DNA of 64,000 nt from Octopus sinensis (Eukaryota): contig NC_042998.1 of NCBI RefSeq assembly GCF_006345805.1, positions 135,036,001-135,100,000 on the forward strand, given 5' to 3'. The position numbers and the translations under genes are program-made. Under the pieces are notes generated by a model, which worked only from the letters and a program-made list of their open reading frames with translations, was not told the DNA's origin and did not search any database. Shown here one piece after another: positions 47,500-61,296 of the stretch; positions within the stretch are counted from its first letter, which is position 1; each line of letters opens with the position of its first letter.

Positions 47500-49320
47500 T
47501 ATGCTTCTCTAACTAATGCATAGATATACGTAGAGGTGGTATGAGGTTAGCTATCTCTGCTAAGTGGATACTGTTTAAAAGGTACTGTGAATAAACTTGG
47601 GTGAATCCATGCTAGTGGATGGTTTTCCTTTTGTATATAACCTAGGATGTTTTAGCAGGGCCACTCCAGATGTGACAGTAATTTTTGCTTTGTTGTAATA
47701 AATTCAAAGGTTTTAAGTGAACGATGCCATAGACTAGTAGTGGACGTGCCTTTGAAGGATTGTCATATCTCTATTAAAGAATGTTTCCAAGTTCTCCATT
47801 TTTTGAGGAAATCCCAAACCCTAACCCTACTCGCAATACCAGAGGGTGCACACTATCCTACCCTGATGTAATCTCCAGGGATACAGGCATCCAGCAACAG
47901 GATCTCCGTAATGCTATGATGGACGATGAAGTCTGGCGTAGCATGGTAAATTCCATTGTCTCGACCATGGTCGAACAATGATGATGATGATGATGAGGGG
48001 TCTCAGTTGCATAGGTATGTTGAAGGTTAAGGAGTGAAGTGAGGCGTTAGAGGTGACAACAATTAGATTGTTTATGTACAAGAAGATGAGTGTAGGCAGT
48101 ATAGCTATAGTGCACACCTGAATTGGAGTAAAATTCAAAATGACATCCCCCCCCACCTATCTTTGCACATATGTGATAGTGCATTCTAATAGGCAGCTAC
48201 CGACCCAAAATATGAGTTGGAGGAAGACTATATGTAAGAAATTTAGCAAGATTTTCATGTCAGCTGTTTTAGCTGATGTCAAGATCAGTGGCATTGTTTT
48301 TGCCAAATTTCTTGAGTATGAGGTACTACTGATGAGTGAGATACTAGACCAGTTCTTCAGTAGATCCTGTCCTATAGGAGCTGTTATAGATTGTCACTTA
48401 GGAGGAAGAGTGACAGAGGAGTTGGAGAAGGTGGTTGTAAAGAGACAAACCTAAGAGGATGGTTTCAGTTGACTATTTAGCTGTTTCTGATGGGTCAAAG
48501 GTGGAAGCACATTTCTTATCAGGATTAATTAGCATAAAACCAGCAAATCTCAATCAGTCAGCTGATTTGAAGGTCCATAAAGTCCTAGTGTTGATAGTTT
48601 TGGGGGAGAGGGGAAGTTGCATAATATATGGATTTAGCTAATTATTGGACAGCTCAATAAGAGCAGAGATGTTAAGGGTTTGATAGAGCCTGGGTTTGGA
48701 AATGAGATTAAAGATGTCAATGTATTAGTGAGGAATATGTGTAGAGGAGGATATATTTGTTGTAGATAGCGAAAGATTCTGCATTTATACCAGCAGCATC
48801 AATGTAGGAGGAGTATGAAGTGCTAAGAGGTGTTGTAAATATTGAAGTTTCTGGCAGTTATGATTTCAGAGACAAGTGAAGTGAAATAAGTATTCTTAAA
48901 GCGGAATGGGTGTTGATTCACCTATTGTTGACATGAAGTTCAGAGTGGGTAGAAGGAATAGAGGAATTTAGAAGAATGAAAAAGGGGAAACTGAGTTATA
49001 GCAACTGGAAGTCCTTATTCATGATACCTGGGTGTGTGGTGTGGACACTGAGTTCTACATATATACAAACACATCTTTCAGAGAGAAGTTTTAATATACT
49101 GTGTAGTTTGGATAGTAGAGATATTTGTTGGGCGAGACAATGCAAATATTTGAAAAAATGGAAGAGGAAATATTTTTCTTAGATATTTTCATAGGTTTTG
49201 GTTTGAGTGTGAAGTGGAGGATGAGATTATTATTCCTGAATCTAATGATTTGTCCCATATTATACAAAAGTTGTAATGGTACCAGTATAAGTAGAAATTT
49301 TGAAAATACATTGAAGTGAT
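47500..49320 (-). mobile_element. Highly decayed PLE (endonuclease end followed by RT remnants), interrupted by a LINE tail
   Basis: Remnants SSIFSNICIVS, ERCVCIYV..RYHE, PTHILGR*LPI and YSQYLL resemble PLE motifs; many stops. Confidence 0.5.
47781..47997 (+). mobile_element. 5'-truncated LINE 3' end (RTE-X-like) with (GAT)n tail
   Basis: RGCTLSYPDVISRDTG...LRNAMMDDEVWRS*, then tgatgatgatg. Confidence 0.8.
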
Positions 49321-50468
49321 ACACTTAGTTTTCTTTAAATTGCAGTGTCACAATAGTCTTACCCTGTTTAACACTGGCACCTTGCAGCTGCCTTTAGTGG
49401 AGTACACTTTGTAATAAGTATTCAGAATAGGTTTCTGGTTTGAGGATACCTCTTCCTCCTCCTCATCCATCAATCTCAGTGGTGCTGTAAAGGGTTATGG
49501 ACACTGCCATCACTCTTCATTTAAAAGAAAGCAAATATGGTTATTTAACTGAAGAAGAAAAGCATTAAGTCTGAGGCAATTGGGAGTGATCTGCAAACAT
49601 TTTCATACCTGTACACAGTGCTATGATGACGGTATCAGCTACAGCTGGGGAAGATTTGTCTCAATAAGTAGAGATGTTCAGTACTTTGTAATTGTTTCAA
49701 TATCATCATCATTTTAACACCCACTTTCCTATACTTGCATGAGTTGGACAGAATCTGTTGAGGTACATTTTCTACAGCTCAATACCTTTCCTATTGGTAA
49801 CACTCACCTATTTCCAATAAGGTGATATTTCCCCATGATCATACATATTTTCATGGATAATTGGAAATGGACACTGCTTTCATGATGGAGCTCTTACCTA
49901 CAATCATCATGTGATGTCAAGACAAGGAGACAGTAAAGCATATGCTCTCTCTCTCCCATGCATGCTGATGCAAAATATATGAAAATATGTAGAATTACAA
50001 TGAAAGTCTGATTTAAAATATTGAACTATTATTATAAATTTCAATATGATTGATTTTTATGAGTATGTGTGTATTTAAAAACTTTCTATTTTTGTGAGCT
50101 ACCAAAGGAGCTTCTATTTGGTTACTCAGCCAGTTAGAAATGGCTAACAGTTTTCTTAAATTACACTCTACTGCCTTGAATAAAAAGTATTTTGGATGAT
50201 GTAGTCTTGCCGTACAAAAAGCAAGTTGGTCACAGCTGGAATGCTTTGAATATTGGTTTGATCAATCAAGACTGACTTGGACTAGCCAAACAATTACCAA
50301 TGTTGCTTTACTGTTTCTTTAATGTCTCAAGATTGAGTTTAGCACAAATCAATACAATATTTTTTAGCTTTCCAATCATCATATATTATTTTATTCTCTT
50401 ATTAGTAGAAAATTACTGATTGTAAATTCATATAAATAGCTTTATCTTGGAAATTTTCCTTTCCTTAA

Positions 50469-50688
50469 CCCTTTTGATATCAACCCAGCTGAAACTGCCT
50501 CTGACTCTGTAGTAAAAATGTCTTGTTTTCAAAAGTTCTGAATTAAAATCTTCCACCAAATCTTAGTCACAATTTATGATCTTAACACTAGCTTAATGAT
50601 AACTAAGTTATTTTATTAAATTCTTTGTTATATTTATAATTAATTGAAAGAAACACAAAGCATCTCAACAGAAATATGGTAACAAGAG
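50469..50688 (+). mobile_element. TTAA-flanked MITE
   Basis: Homologous to 6280-6500; TTAA on both sides. Confidence 0.85.
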
Positions 50689-50699
50689 TTAAACAGTTT

Positions 50700-51780
50700 G
50701 GAAAAACATCATTCAGACATCATCCCAATTTTTGAGGTTAAAATGGATTTGTACTGACATAGGGGATTACTGGAAACATGCAAATGCTTTTGTACACCAT
50801 TATGTCAGACGCGGTTGCAGTGAATCTTGATTAAAGGAAATGGCAAATGAGATAGCTAAGATTAGCAAAGGAAGTCAAACCTTCATGCATAAATTTAGCA
50901 AACACAGTATAATATGTGACAGAATTCCTTTAGTGGTTAACTGGCACTGAAATTTTGCTGACATTTCAAAAGTTGCATGAAAGGTACCAGCATGTTGCGG
51001 AAAATATCCTTGTCTCAAACAGTTATTTCCTCAGCTGCCTATTGTAGCCTTTAGATGGAATAAAAATATGAAAACTATTGACCTCTTTTTCTGACTCCAA
51101 GAAAACTAACATTGGAGTAATCTGCATGCTGTACCTTGAAAAATAATCACAAGAGAGGTAAGCCCTGTTCATTGTGCAACATCATGAGTCAAGTGAATTC
51201 CAGTAGGAATCATAACAGAAATGTTATTTATACAGAAGGCAGGACATGTAGAGATTCCCATTTGGTGTATGCGGCAGAATGCATGAAATACAACTTGATT
51301 TATGTTGGCTGTACAACAGAACAATTAAACAAAAGATTTAATTAGCATAGATATAACATCTGGCACAATAACAGTAGTTCGACAGAACTTGCCAAACATT
51401 ATGCTTCAAACGGCTGCAATTTTGAAAAAAACTTGAAAGTGCATATTCTCAAAAACTATTCTGAATCTACTACACTTTCAATGCTCAAAATGCATGAGGA
51501 GAAATCTGTTTGCGGGTTATTAACACCATGCCCTGGAGGAATTAATAAAATGACAAGAGAATTTTTTCAAATTTACACGAAAGTGTTTAAATATTCTTAA
51601 TGTTCTTTTTTTCTTTTTTTTTCTGTCATTTTTTTTCACCTGTTATAAAATTGAAGCTTAAAGACTGATGTCATTCCATCATTGTGTGGATGCTGGTTGC
51701 TCTCGTTCATATTTTAGATTTGAATTCGACAAAGACAGACTTACTGTCGAAATATCATTCAACCAATGAAATATCTATTG
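50700..51780 (+). mobile_element. PLE 3' remnant (cysteine-rich linker type)
   Basis: RIPLVVNWH, QLFPQLPIVAFRWNKNM, CSLC...TCRDSHLVYAAECMKYNLIYVGCTTEQLNKRFN*H GIY-YIG. Confidence 0.85.
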
Positions 51781-54700
51781 CAATTGCATCACACTCTTTG
51801 TCTTGTCTGTTTATCTTTGTGAAGAGTTACATCCATCCTTTTAAGATATAATAATATAATAGTAATATTACGTTCTTAAATCTCGTTTTGCTTCTCACCT
51901 CCCTTTCAGGCTTAATAGTGAAATTGTTATATTTGAAAATGGGGATCTAATTTGACATTACTTGTTTGAATATATTTTACAAAGACGACTACTTAGAGGT
52001 ATCTAAGGGAAATGTTAACCACCACAAAACTAGCTGTCACAATTTTCTCCTTTAGTTGGACAATCTAAGTTATGGACTGTGTTGGTTTTTTTTTTACTGT
52101 AATCCTTCAAAGATGTTTGCTGTGCTTTGAAGAAGTGTTAGTTTCATTGAAATCCTCCCTTTATAGTTACATGGTTATTTTACTCAAATCAGCTATTCAA
52201 TAGGCTAATCTGTTATTCACACCCATATCTTCTTTGCTTTACATTCATTCTTTAATAAAATCTTTTTTTTTTTTTGTAATCTTATCTGTTGTCATTAGTG
52301 TTTATAAAGTATTAGTGCTTTAAATGTTTTGTCTGACAGCTGTTATCAGTTTATTTGGATGACAGCCAAGTTTTTGGTGAATAGTTTCTGCAGCTTATAA
52401 TGTTATATTCTTCAATTAACAATGAGATGTTAAACTGTACAATTAAAAATACAAAAAAATGTTCCCACTCTCTCATTTACTTGATCTTATCTAGAAACAG
52501 TCCACCTATTTAATTTCTAAAAAAAAAAAACTTTAATTTAATCTACTTATGTTGAGCATTTAGTATTTAATTTTGAAACATTAACTTGGAAGCTAAAGAA
52601 ATATTCGGTCAATTGTTTGATTAGCACATGCTTTAAAGTAAAAACTTTGTAGTTTGTCTTTTTTTCACAGTCCAGTAGCGGAAGGGTGGTTTGCATGGTA
52701 TTTTTTACTGTCTGAGATTGATGGGTAGATGTAACTAATTTGGGTTAGTGTAGTGTAAGTTTTAATTGTTGCAGTTTTAAGATTAAGATTAAAAAAAGAA
52801 ATTGAAGGGAGTGCGTATATAGATCTGAGGAAAATGTTTATGGTATCTTGGCATGGGTTGGATGGTTTGACAGTACACAAGGACTATGTCTACATCATGC
52901 TCTAGTGTATACATTGGCATTTTTTAGGGCTAGATGCCCTTTTTAATGCCAACCACTTTACAGTGTGTACTGGGTTTTCTCTTTCTACCAGCCCTAGTGA
53001 GGTTGGCATGCAGGTAGCGAGACAACAAATGGGGTGGGTAGGTAGGGGACTATGCTAGGAAATGAGGAATACAAAGTTGATTTTTGTGTAATAAAAGTGA
53101 CAAACGGGGAAAACAAAAGTCGTAAGGTTTGTGAAAATTTGTATCTCACAGCCCATAAGAAAACAATCTGTGTGTGTGTGAGAGAGACTGAACAGATACA
53201 TTGAGGTGCTTGTTTTAAGAGAATTTTAGGATTAAGAGAGTTATAACATAGGAGCCATTGTTCATTCTGTCAAAAATGAGACTTAGTTTAATATGTTATC
53301 TTTATAGGAGTAATTGTTACTCTAACAGTTTTGTCAGCTATTTCACCCCATGTACATAATATATATATATATATATATAACTATTTATTATTTTAAATGA
53401 ATAATTTTCATCATAATTATCATGTGGTCTAATCGATATTCAAATGATAGTCATTATTTGGGTTGTATGCTTTATAGAAATTATATTACTATTCATTAGA
53501 TCACTTTGCATTTCCATGTTTTGGGGTTACTTTCCAGTGTGTAACACTTTGGGCAAATTTCTACTCTAGCCTTGGACTGATTAATGTTATGAGTGAATCT
53601 TGGTAAATAGAAACTAGAGAGGTCTATTGTCTATGTTTGTTTCCATGTGTCCTTACATTGACACTGAGCTGTCGTTATTTAATGTCCAAGGCAGATTTTT
53701 GACTGCTGGATGCCTTGTTTTTAAGTAAGGTAATATTTCCCCTTGGTTGGACATGTTTTTCACAGAAGACTGAAAATGAACAACCTCACTTACATGATAA
53801 TGATGCTCATTTACTTCCATCACGTGATGTATATACAGGTGCTCTAGCATGGCCTCAGTTAAATGACTGAAACAAGTAAAAGAATAAAAGGGTTTCTGTT
53901 TACCTCATCCTATCAAAGGTTTTAGTTAACTTGGGGCTATTTCCTGTAAACACTATGTCCTTAACTTGATGGTTTTGATGTGTGAAGACACTAGTAAAAT
54001 AAAAAATACCTTACTTAGAAAACAAGGGTTGGAGGCAGGAAGGGCATCTGACTATAGAAGTCTTGTCCAATCCCATACCATTACTGAAAGCAAAAAACAG
54101 CAGATGGAAAACCAGTGATAGTGTTAAGAGAATTTCACAGTTGGGTAAGTTATAATATAGGAGCCATTATGTATTGTCAGAGATGAAAACTGAAGTAAAT
54201 GTTACCCAAATATTGAATTTGTTTTTCAGTCAGTTAATCCCCTCCTGCCACACACTGAGTTATTTATTTCTTTGTGTCATTTCAAAACAATTTTTATCAC
54301 AAACATCATTTAGTGTATTTCACATTCAGCTATTAGTCATATTGTTTTGGATTCTATGGTCCATAGAAACTAATGATTCATTAACTTTACAATAAGGACA
54401 TTGTAGTTATTCAAATACCTATGACTAGTTGATATTGTTTAATGGGGATTTTTATTGGTGGCACTGTAGAATTATCAATGGTAAATTATTGTTGTTTATA
54501 GTTTTGCATATTAATTGAGGGTTAATGATGACTTATGTATTTTTAGACTTTTCTGTATCTGAATATGGGAATATTTTTACAATTCATGAAACAGGTTAAC
54601 TTGTTTTGTCAGTCAAGCAAACTGGCTGGATCATGCAAGGCTGCTGCTTTGCTTAGGGACATATAATAATAGTTGTAATGAGATTAAACAATTTTTTTTA

Positions 54701-57264
54701 TTAAGTGGTGTAATTTTTTATGGTGATACTTATCTTCAATATCTGTAGGGAATTAGTGGTGCTAACTGATCAAATGAAATGGAACTGAGTAAAGTCTACA
54801 ATAGGAAAAGGGCCAGATGGTTGCATTAAATCTGGAAATTTATAGATTTCAATTAATGACCATGTGGTCAGTTTCCACTTTTTTTCATGCTGACCGCATC
54901 CCTCAGAAATCTCTCTGCCTACCTACTCTTCATCTTTTTTAAGTTGTCATACCATCAATGTTCATTTAGAATCTCTATATTTTTTAACCACTGAGGTTCT
55001 GATAAAACAATGCTTCTTTGATGAGGCCTAATAAGATTGAAGCATATCATACAAAAGATCAGACTCTCTCCCCACTGTAACTCATTCAATTTTCAATTAG
55101 GATTTCAAACTTATCTCTCTTACATTTTTTTAATATACAATTAATCATTAAAGCTAACTTTTTTATATTGCTTCACTTAACTACATGTTGTCAGTAGCTT
55201 AGTACTTAACCCGCTGTGCCTAATTTTTTTCAAAATATCAAATAAAAGCTAAACAATTTGGTTAAAATGGTTGTTTAACTATGAAAGTTAAAAGATGTTT
55301 GTGTTGGGTACAGACAAGAAAATACATAAATTCTCTCAAATAAAGGCTATATTGATCACATAAACAGTATACTTAATATAGCTCCTGATTCTCCAACAGT
55401 GAGTTTGTCATGACTGGAACGCCTTTTGTTCAGGTCTTCCAGCTATAACTGATCTGAGACTACATGACAATACCAAAGTTTACTTGAAGCTAATGAGGGA
55501 AGGTTTCTATATAGGTGTGAAACCTGCTAGACTGGGGTCAATAAAAAGTACCAATCCAAGATGGTAGACTGGCAGAATTGTAAGAAATTGGACTGGGTGC
55601 CTTGCAGTATTTGTTTTGGATCTTTGAATTTTTAGTTCAAATCTCGGTATAGCCTACTTGGGTGATAGACTTAACCTGTCATCCAGTTAATGTCACTACT
55701 TTGAGTACCTTTAGCAGTCCACTCTGTGGTAAGTATTTGAGTCAGGTCTCTGATTTGAGGATAGTTGTCTCCCTCCAGCCTTGGGGAATATGTAATGGCT
55801 CATGGGTACTGCCTTCCCTCTTGAGTAAAAGATAAAGCAAAAAGTGATTGTACTCTCCCCACCAAATATATGACCTTATGGTTATGATATCATTTTATGT
55901 CTATGTTTCCATGTTGGTATAGAATGGATTGGACAAATTTTGGTTCCAGTTGTTATTTGAAGCTACTGCCCTCTTGGGTAGATAAGAGACTACATTTTGC
56001 TTGCACCTTTCACTTTTGTCATAGTGTCTATGCTCTACAGAGAGCACTGGGTACAGTTTGTCATGGCAACAACACTAGAATGGTTGCTTTGTCTCCAGTC
56101 AGATGAGTAATTTCTCTTCAAGACTTGTCAGGAGAGAGAGAAAATAAGAGGTGAGAATCAATGATAGGAGCAAGGTGATAGTGGGCAGTGATTGACAGCT
56201 ACCTGTAGATAGTTGAATGGGAAGGAAGCAGAGTGAAGGATGATAGAAAGAACTGAATACAGATAGATCCAATGTGTTACCATCCCTTGTTACACTGATG
56301 TGATGAGAAAGCAGTTGTGATAGTAGAGGTGTATAATGAATGGAGAAAGGATGAGTGATTAATGATATTAACAGAGGGAGAGAGAAAGAGACCCATGTAT
56401 ATAATGGGAAGTGACCTAAATATAGATATTATACATACAAACCTTCCACTACCACTATTTTTAGTCCATTTTCCTATGCTTGCATGAGTTGGGTAGGTCT
56501 TTTACAGCACAATGTTCCAATATTTCATGGTCTGTTACTGTCTCTTTTGTGAGATTCATTCTTTTGAGATCAGTTTTTACCACTTTACACTATATCTCCC
56601 TTGTTTCCTTTTCCCCATAGAATTCATTATCATTACCTCTAAGGTCAAAGATTTTTTATCTTTTAGTGAGGATGGAAGGCAGTGATCATGGCTCTTTTTA
56701 CAAAGTCTCCAGGAGTGGAAATTTTGTTGCATCTTGCAACCTTTTCAGCAGTTGTTGACTGTCCGTTATTCAAGCTGCAACACAGCAAAGGACAAAAACA
56801 AAAGGAACACATGCACACAAACAAACAAAAAGAACACAGTTTGAATAATGGATAGAGTTAACAACTATTGAGTGAAAATTGTATTGGTGAGTGTGTTAAA
56901 TTATAAAGGCACCAAAGGAGAATGACTCTCTCCAGACAACAGAATATGCTTCAACGCATGAACTCACAAAGAATCTTGCAAATCGAATCCAAAAAAGAAA
57001 CCTTAAAGTGAAATATTTAAGATAAGTAAACCACAAAGATATTTGGGCTGTAATATTTAAATCCTTCAATAGACTGTTGATAGTTGAGAATATCATGACA
57101 ATTTTTTAACCTGTGATTAAATAATGCTTTATAATATACTAAGATAGCATTACAATATGTTAGGGGAGTCAACTTTGGCAGCATATCAATGAGTGGGGTC
57201 CATCAGGTGGTCTGGTGGGTGCTCTCTTTGATAACCTTTTGGCAACACCAAAGCTCTCCATTTA

Positions 57265-57950
57265 CATGGTCTGATCCATAAGTATCTGGACTGTTGCTAT
57301 AGTAATGAAGCTAAAACATGCAGAATGAAGCTGCTTGGCACAGATTGACCTTAAACTCTGGTGTGCATGCACACTAAGTTTTAACATCCCAGCTCACTTC
57401 CACTGTTTACAGCAGTGCTTGGAAGGTAACTGTGTAATGTGTGATCATCACATTGATCATGACAGAGAAAACTGGACAGAGAATCTGCATCAAATTTTGC
57501 CAAAAGCTTGGCAATACCTGCTCAGAGGCCTACACAAAGTTTTCATCATTCTCAACACAATGAAGGACATCTTGTGCAACTGAAACCCAAGTGTTTTTTT
57601 TTTTTTATTTTGGTCAGCTGAAAGCAGCTTTGGCACAAACTTGGCAGACACACGTCTCATACCCAAACCTTCAGTGATAATGGACTGAACTGAACCGTAA
57701 CTAATCTGCACATCTTCTGATAACTCACAGATGGTGATTCGATGATTTCCCCTCACAGCTGCATGCGCATCTGCGATGTTTTTCTCAGTTTTGCTGGTTA
57801 TTGGTCTCCCAGAACATTCATCAATATTGACATTTTTTTTCAGCCATCTTGAAAATGTGTGAACCACTCGTACACTTGTGTGCAGCTCATACACCCCTCT
57901 CCACATACTTTCTGAAATTTTGCATAGACCTCTGAGCAGGTATTGCCATG
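57265..57950. mobile_element. Rearranged mariner fragment (5' end on +, body inverted on -)
   Basis: TA|CATGGTCTGATCCATAAGTATC TIR and MTEKTGQRICIKFCQKLG on +; SGRP...ISYGSVQSII..LGMRRVSAKFVPKLLS on -. Confidence 0.85.
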
Positions 57951-58676
57951 ACAGAGAAAGTTGTCGCTGATGGAATCTCAACATTGAGTTGAAACTTGTT
58001 CTGCTGGTTCATTTTCTGTCCATGATCTTGTATATGGACAGTGTTTATATTTAATACTAACAGTGTTGATTAAAATCTATAGCTCGTTCCTCGACCTTCA
58101 ACAACACAATCAAACCACTCCTCCAAACTGTATAGTTTTATACCTTCAACATCATTACAATTGTCTAGTGAATATGTTGGCAGAGGGTGAATGGGGTGAT
58201 GTCTGGTAGTATATGAGGGTTGGGTGATGGTAAAGTGTACTAGGTACAATAGTTCCAGTGTGAGCTCTTATAATTAACTTCGAGATGGGCAGGAATGGTT
58301 GAGTGATTAATGTGCTTATAACAAAAACAAAAAATTTAAGACTATTTTTCATTAATATTTAAAGATAGATATATAAAATAATGTTAGCAATATATTCAAA
58401 AATATTTTTCTAAATAGTTTTGCTTAACTGATCTTTTTTGCTAAAGTACATTACCTGTACACATTGTCCTTTTCCCCCATTAATTGTATTATTTTCAGCA
58501 TATTTGGCCATGGGTAAAAATACCTTGCTTGGAAACAGGTGAGAGATTGACAAGAAGGGCATAGCCATAGAAAATCCGATTCATGTAAGCATGGAAAAGG
58601 AGATGTTAAAAGATTTGACGATATATTGTTTAAAGAAATTTTTGTATTGAAATTTTTTTCCTTTTTTTTTTTCCAG

Positions 58677-58799
58677 TTAAAACGATTTAAAGAGAAAAAC
58701 AAGACTCCTGGTCAGGATACTAAATCTTCATCTATGCGTTCCAGTGTAAGTCCTTCCTTTAATCCGTCCATTGTAGGAGAGAAGACCTCATCTGTCACG
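58677..58799 (+). CDS. GOLGA2: Second coding exon of the probable golgin (LKRFKEKNKTPGQD...EKTSSVT)
   Basis: Very strong ttttttttttttccag acceptor; phase-0 join gives KLAAARKK|LKRFKEK; gtaagg donor at 58800, with an alternative gtaagt at 58746. Confidence 0.65.
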
Positions 58800-60249
58800 G
58801 TAAGGATTCAGACTGAATTTTGCTCGTCATATTTTCATGTTAAACATTTATTGTATATTCTTGGATTAGTATTGATGTGGTAGAGAAATAAAGTTTACTT
58901 ATTTATGTTTGATGTAACTAAATTTTGTTTGTTGTTTGATACTCCCCCAAACAAGCAGATCTGTAAGAGTCCAGTTATGACAAGTGTCTGTCTTTTCACT
59001 CACTGTATCAAGAACTACATTACCTAGGATGTTCTTCCATTTTTAAGGTAGTAGGTATGGTTTTTAGGGAGATTTGTTGCTTTTAACAAATGATCAGATT
59101 TGTAATCTGGTGTGTTCAGTTGAGAAGAATGCAGTGGTGTAGACATGTGATACATAAGGAAGATAGCTTTGAAAAATATCTGGAAGAGGTATACTGGTGG
59201 GGATATTGGATGATAGCGTATGTATTCATATTCAATATCCCCTGTTAGCATCACTTTTTATTGCTAGTCATCAATCTCTCTCTCTCTCTCTCTCTATGTC
59301 TCTGATCATTGACATGTACCACTCTCACCATTGCCCATCTCTGTTGCTATCTGTCCTTCCATCATTCGCTCTCTTTTACCATCTCATAATTTTATTGGTA
59401 TCCCATCATGCTGCCCATGTTTTTCAATTTAATCCTCTTACCAAATACAACTATCATTGTTTCTCCTACTTCTCCCTCTCCTACATTTGTCTCACTCCTA
59501 TCTCTCTTCCTTCTTGGACATCCAACTGTAGAAACCAATGAAATTTAGAAGTAAGATGTTTTGTAAGGCAGTTATTTCCTATAAGAACTGTCTCAGTCTG
59601 GGCTGGTCTATCATACCTATGTCAGCATAGAAAACGGACATGAAATTATCTATGTTAATAATTTTTACATCTGTTCTGTCATAGTGTAAGTATCATATGA
59701 CTAGACAGTGCCATTCTAAGAATGTTTCAAATCACTCTGCATTAATTTCATTTGTTTAATACCCTTTATTGACTTGTTTTTATACCTAAATTTTTATTAC
59801 TATTATTTTATTTTTATTTCATATAGTCAGTTACATTAATTAGTTTTCTTTTTCTTTTCTTATTTCACTACATAACTAAAACCATTACCCTACATAACTA
59901 AACATTGTAGGATTTTAACTACACAAAAAAAGTGTTCAAACAATAGCCAGTTGTTACAATACATTTCAGTCACAGCTGTTACATTAGTTATGCAGAAGGA
60001 TGGAATAAAGTTTGCATTCATAAAGTATATACAATAAAAGTAAGACCTATAATTTGTGCTAAATGAATCACTAGTTGGTTATACATATTACACAGAAGCA
60101 ATACAATTATGATTGAATCTGCTTAGGAGCTGCAACTCGTAAGTCAATATGTGAAAATTTCAAAGTACTTACTAAAAATTACATTGTATTCATGTGATAC
60201 TATAAACTCTTGTGCAAATTCATTACCTTTGCACTAGAATAACATAGAA

Positions 60250-61050
60250 CTACTTGAAGTAATCATGGCACAAATATTGTAATAGTTTTTATTGTTTTTT
60301 ATGGTTTATCTGGAGGAAGGTGCTTATGTTCATGGCTTTCACAGACCCTCCAAGATCAGTAGGATTATGTTGTTGATGTTCTTGGACAGCTGCAAGTTGC
60401 TGGTTGCATGAAAAACATGGGCAGAGTGGGAATTTCAGAGGTTGATACCCTGTAGGGAAAAGATTGGAAAAAGTGGCTGGTGTGTGGGGGCTTGAACTGA
60501 TCAATGTTTTGCAGAATCATGCTAGTAGATCTGTGTCTTTCCATATCAGTTTTTATGCCCACATGTGCTGTATACATTTAACAGCTGATTATACATTCAT
60601 GTAGTTGTTCTCAATTATTGTGGGGTTGTTAGCATAGTCAAGGTCAGTGAAGGTGAAATCTTGTCCTGCAGTGACACCTAGGAAATCTGTCAAGCATACT
60701 CTGCAGTCCAATTGATGACATATTTGAAATGTGCTGAAGAAGGAACACAGCCCAACTAAACACTTGAATAGATGTTGAAGGCCTTTGCTCATGTAATATG
60801 CTCTAATTAGATGAGCAGCTTCATAAGTAACTCATTTGTAATTATGATATCCCTGTGTGTGCTGCAATCAGCAGAATCAAAAGTTGCTGTGAAGTTCATG
60901 AAAAGTAAAAGTTTACTTTGTAGTTCCAATATTGTTCCAGAAACTTTCTCAAAGTGCAAATTTATCTGCAAGGCCTTGACATGGTCAAAGACGACATTAA
61001 TTTTCTCATAGGTGTTGATCATGCTCTTGATGAAATCTTTATGGTAGAAT
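60250..61050 (-). mobile_element. Decayed LINE RT fragment
   Basis: FTATFDSAD and FTFTDLDYANN (degraded F.D...AFDS and DLDYADD). Confidence 0.7.
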
Positions 61051-61121
61051 GATAGTAAATATGAGCAAAAATGCTAGTTCTAAAATCTCCTTAAGAGTGC
61101 AGTAATTGTACTGACAATATT

Positions 61122-61296
61122 CATAGCTACTTTAACATGGCTGTCCATTTGAACGGACTCTACTGTGATTTTTTTTGTCTAACCCCGTGGACATCTCTAG
61201 CTGTGCATCGTTAACCAGCTAGAGGAGATGTCTTCTTGGGGTTAAAAAATCACAATAGAGTCCGTTTGAGCAGACAGCCATGTTAAAGTGGCTATG
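61122..61296. mobile_element. 175-bp foldback MITE
   Basis: catagctactttaacatggctgtc... is mirrored by ...gacagccatgttaaagtggctatg; inner ctctagctg/cagctagag. Confidence 0.85.

Noticed and set aside
47816-47828. Telomere-like aaccctaaccct
   Set aside because: Only two units, inside a LINE coding remnant.
48462-48530. Minus-strand CTGATAA...GAAACAGCT...GTC in a PLE
   Set aside because: Stems I and II do not pair.
55018-55055. TTGATGAGGCCTAATAAGATTGAAGCATATCAT, hammerhead-like
   Set aside because: Core, stem II and stem III are all mutated and no stem I forms; at best an unrecoverable fossil.
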